Shown in pieces: positions 62,202 to 64,000 of a DNA stretch of 64,000 nt; within the stretch, counting starts at the first letter, position 1; each line of letters opens with the position of its first letter. The translations under genes were made by a program, and so were the position numbers. Origin of the DNA: Euglena gracilis. Its lineage: Eukaryota. Below the pieces are notes generated by a model. That model did not search any database. It saw nothing but the letters and a program-made list of their open reading frames with translations, and was not told the origin of the DNA. Location: positions 29,950,395 through 30,014,394 of the forward strand of contig CP154954.1 of assembly GCA_039621445.1 (NCBI GenBank), in the 5' to 3' direction.

Positions 62202-64000
62202 AGACCCTGGTGCAAAATTTCCGTTGATAAGGTCTAAGATACCCCCCCCCCCCCCGTGGCCGTAACCACAACAATGTTTTCCAATGCATTTCGACCGGAT
62301 TTTTTTTGTCGACATTTTCACCGTTCATGAGTTCCCCCCCCCCCCCCCCTCTCACATTCGGCCGAAAGGGATGGTATGGGGAGCCGAAATGCTGAATTTC
62401 CATTTTTTTTCACCTTTTTTGAATTTTTTTTTAGTGATGGACATGGCTCCCACAGCCCCCGCTCTCATCGGCGCTCCGCCGGCGGCCCCGGCCACCGAGG
62501 CCCCCCAATGCCGAGGGCGGGAACAGGCGGGTCAACCCCGCCAACCCCATTTGACCCTCTCGGTCCTGCGACAAAGGAATGACCACCAGCCCAGATTTTT
62601 TCCATCGCGTTTTTTCCCTCATTATGCATTGGAACGGGGTCGGCTGGTTACCCAAAATCATTGACACCGCATCAATGATGATGTGCCTATCCCCTACACC
62701 CTCGCTCCACACGGTTCACAAAACGTATTTCAGTGAAGTTCGTCAAAGGGGATTGGGTGGCACTATATTTGAAGCTGACCTCATTTGACTCCCAAGGAAT
62801 CGGCTTTTGAGGCCGCCCGTTCCATTTCGAGGCCGGAGTTTTTGAGACTCCCGGCCATTCGGTCGGCATAGTGCCACAATTTTTATCGATGAGGTAACCA
62901 AGGGAGAGCCGACAAGATTGCGAGGGTGTTTGACTTTTTTACCATAATTCAACGTCCCTTCGATTCATATCGGTTACCAACAAAAAAAAGGGCTGGCGGG
63001 GAGATACGCCAGGAGATGGGGCTGCCCCCCGACCGTTGGCGGACATCCTCGTTTCGGAAGCCACACCGTTGGATGCGCGCGGAGTGGGGTGACGGGAAGG
63101 GGAATGGTAAGGGCAAGGGTAAGGGTTATGGCAAAGGGAGGTGGAGATTCGAGCTATATGGTGGGAAAGGGGGAAAGGGAGGTAAGGGGAAGGGAGGGAA
63201 GGGATTTAGGCAAGCCAGGGCCATAACTTACATTTTTTAACCCCCAGCCAACCGACTAATACCCACTTCGGGTGGGTGTCAAGGAGGCGAAATGGCGATT
63301 GGAGGTAGATTTTTGCCCCCCCCCCCCAGGATGTTGCTCATCGTTCGAACTCGGTCCATGGTCGATTCCAAACATTACGCCCAACCTTCTTTCACAATTT
63401 CTCGGTATTTTTCTGCCCCCCCTTTTTTCATGCAACGTCACCGATTTTTGTTTCACTTTCAAAGTGATTTCAAAAGCCAATTTCTGAAGTCACCGCATTT
63501 TTTGGGGTGAATTTTCGTATCGAATCAACAGTTTTTTTTGTTCATTACCATTTCTGTGACCAGGGTTGACGTTTTTTTTTAAAAAAAACAAAAAAACATG
63601 TTTTTTAAAAAAAAACGCAAAAAAAACATGTTTTTTTTTTGAAAAAGCAAAAATTGACCTTTTTCCTTGCGAAATGACCATTTTTTTGAAGAAAATTTTT
63701 CGCGGGTGGCTCGGGTCACAAGGGGGGGTCACGGGGGGTCACGAGGGGGGGTCACATTTTCGGTGGCCAGATTAGAAATCACCGAAAACAAATTTTTGGG
63801 AAAAAATCCTTTTTAGGCTCCAAAATAGGAATCCCCCAAACGAAAATTAGGAAATCTACCGGAATATTTTGTCAAATTAGGCATCACCGGCCAAGTTTTC
63901 AGAAAAAATGGCCGAAACGGGTCTTAGGTCGGGTTGGGGGAGGGGGTCAGGGGGGGAGCACCCCCTGTGAAGTTTTTTTTTTCAAATGTGTGAAAGTATT

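Overview
Repeat-saturated eukaryotic DNA, most likely from a euglenid (inferred from intron type, a pyrimidine-tract/AG acceptor just before the start codon, TTAGGG repeats and CRE-clade retroelements). The one host gene I could reconstruct is a minus-strand MAP kinase (3805..27066; 14 exons, 478 aa, TNY activation motif). None of its 13 introns is GT-AG. Each has complementary ends pairing in one fixed register (intron +n with -(n+2), often CAG at +4..+6 with CTG at -8..-6), as in euglenid nonconventional introns. The rest is nested transposable elements: hAT-type MITEs with 8-bp TSDs, TA-TSD MITEs, at least five CRE-clade non-LTR fragments, an intron-containing hAT transposase fragment, a Helentron-like element in two permuted forms and a possible Crypton-like cassette. 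Main hypothesis: the 3+5 nt flanking the intron stem equal the 8-bp hAT TSD, several introns retain TSD remnants, and so hAT MITEs would act as orientation-independent introners. All splice junctions were deduced by eye from protein homology plus base pairing, without transcript data. Homopolymer lengths are probably unreliable.
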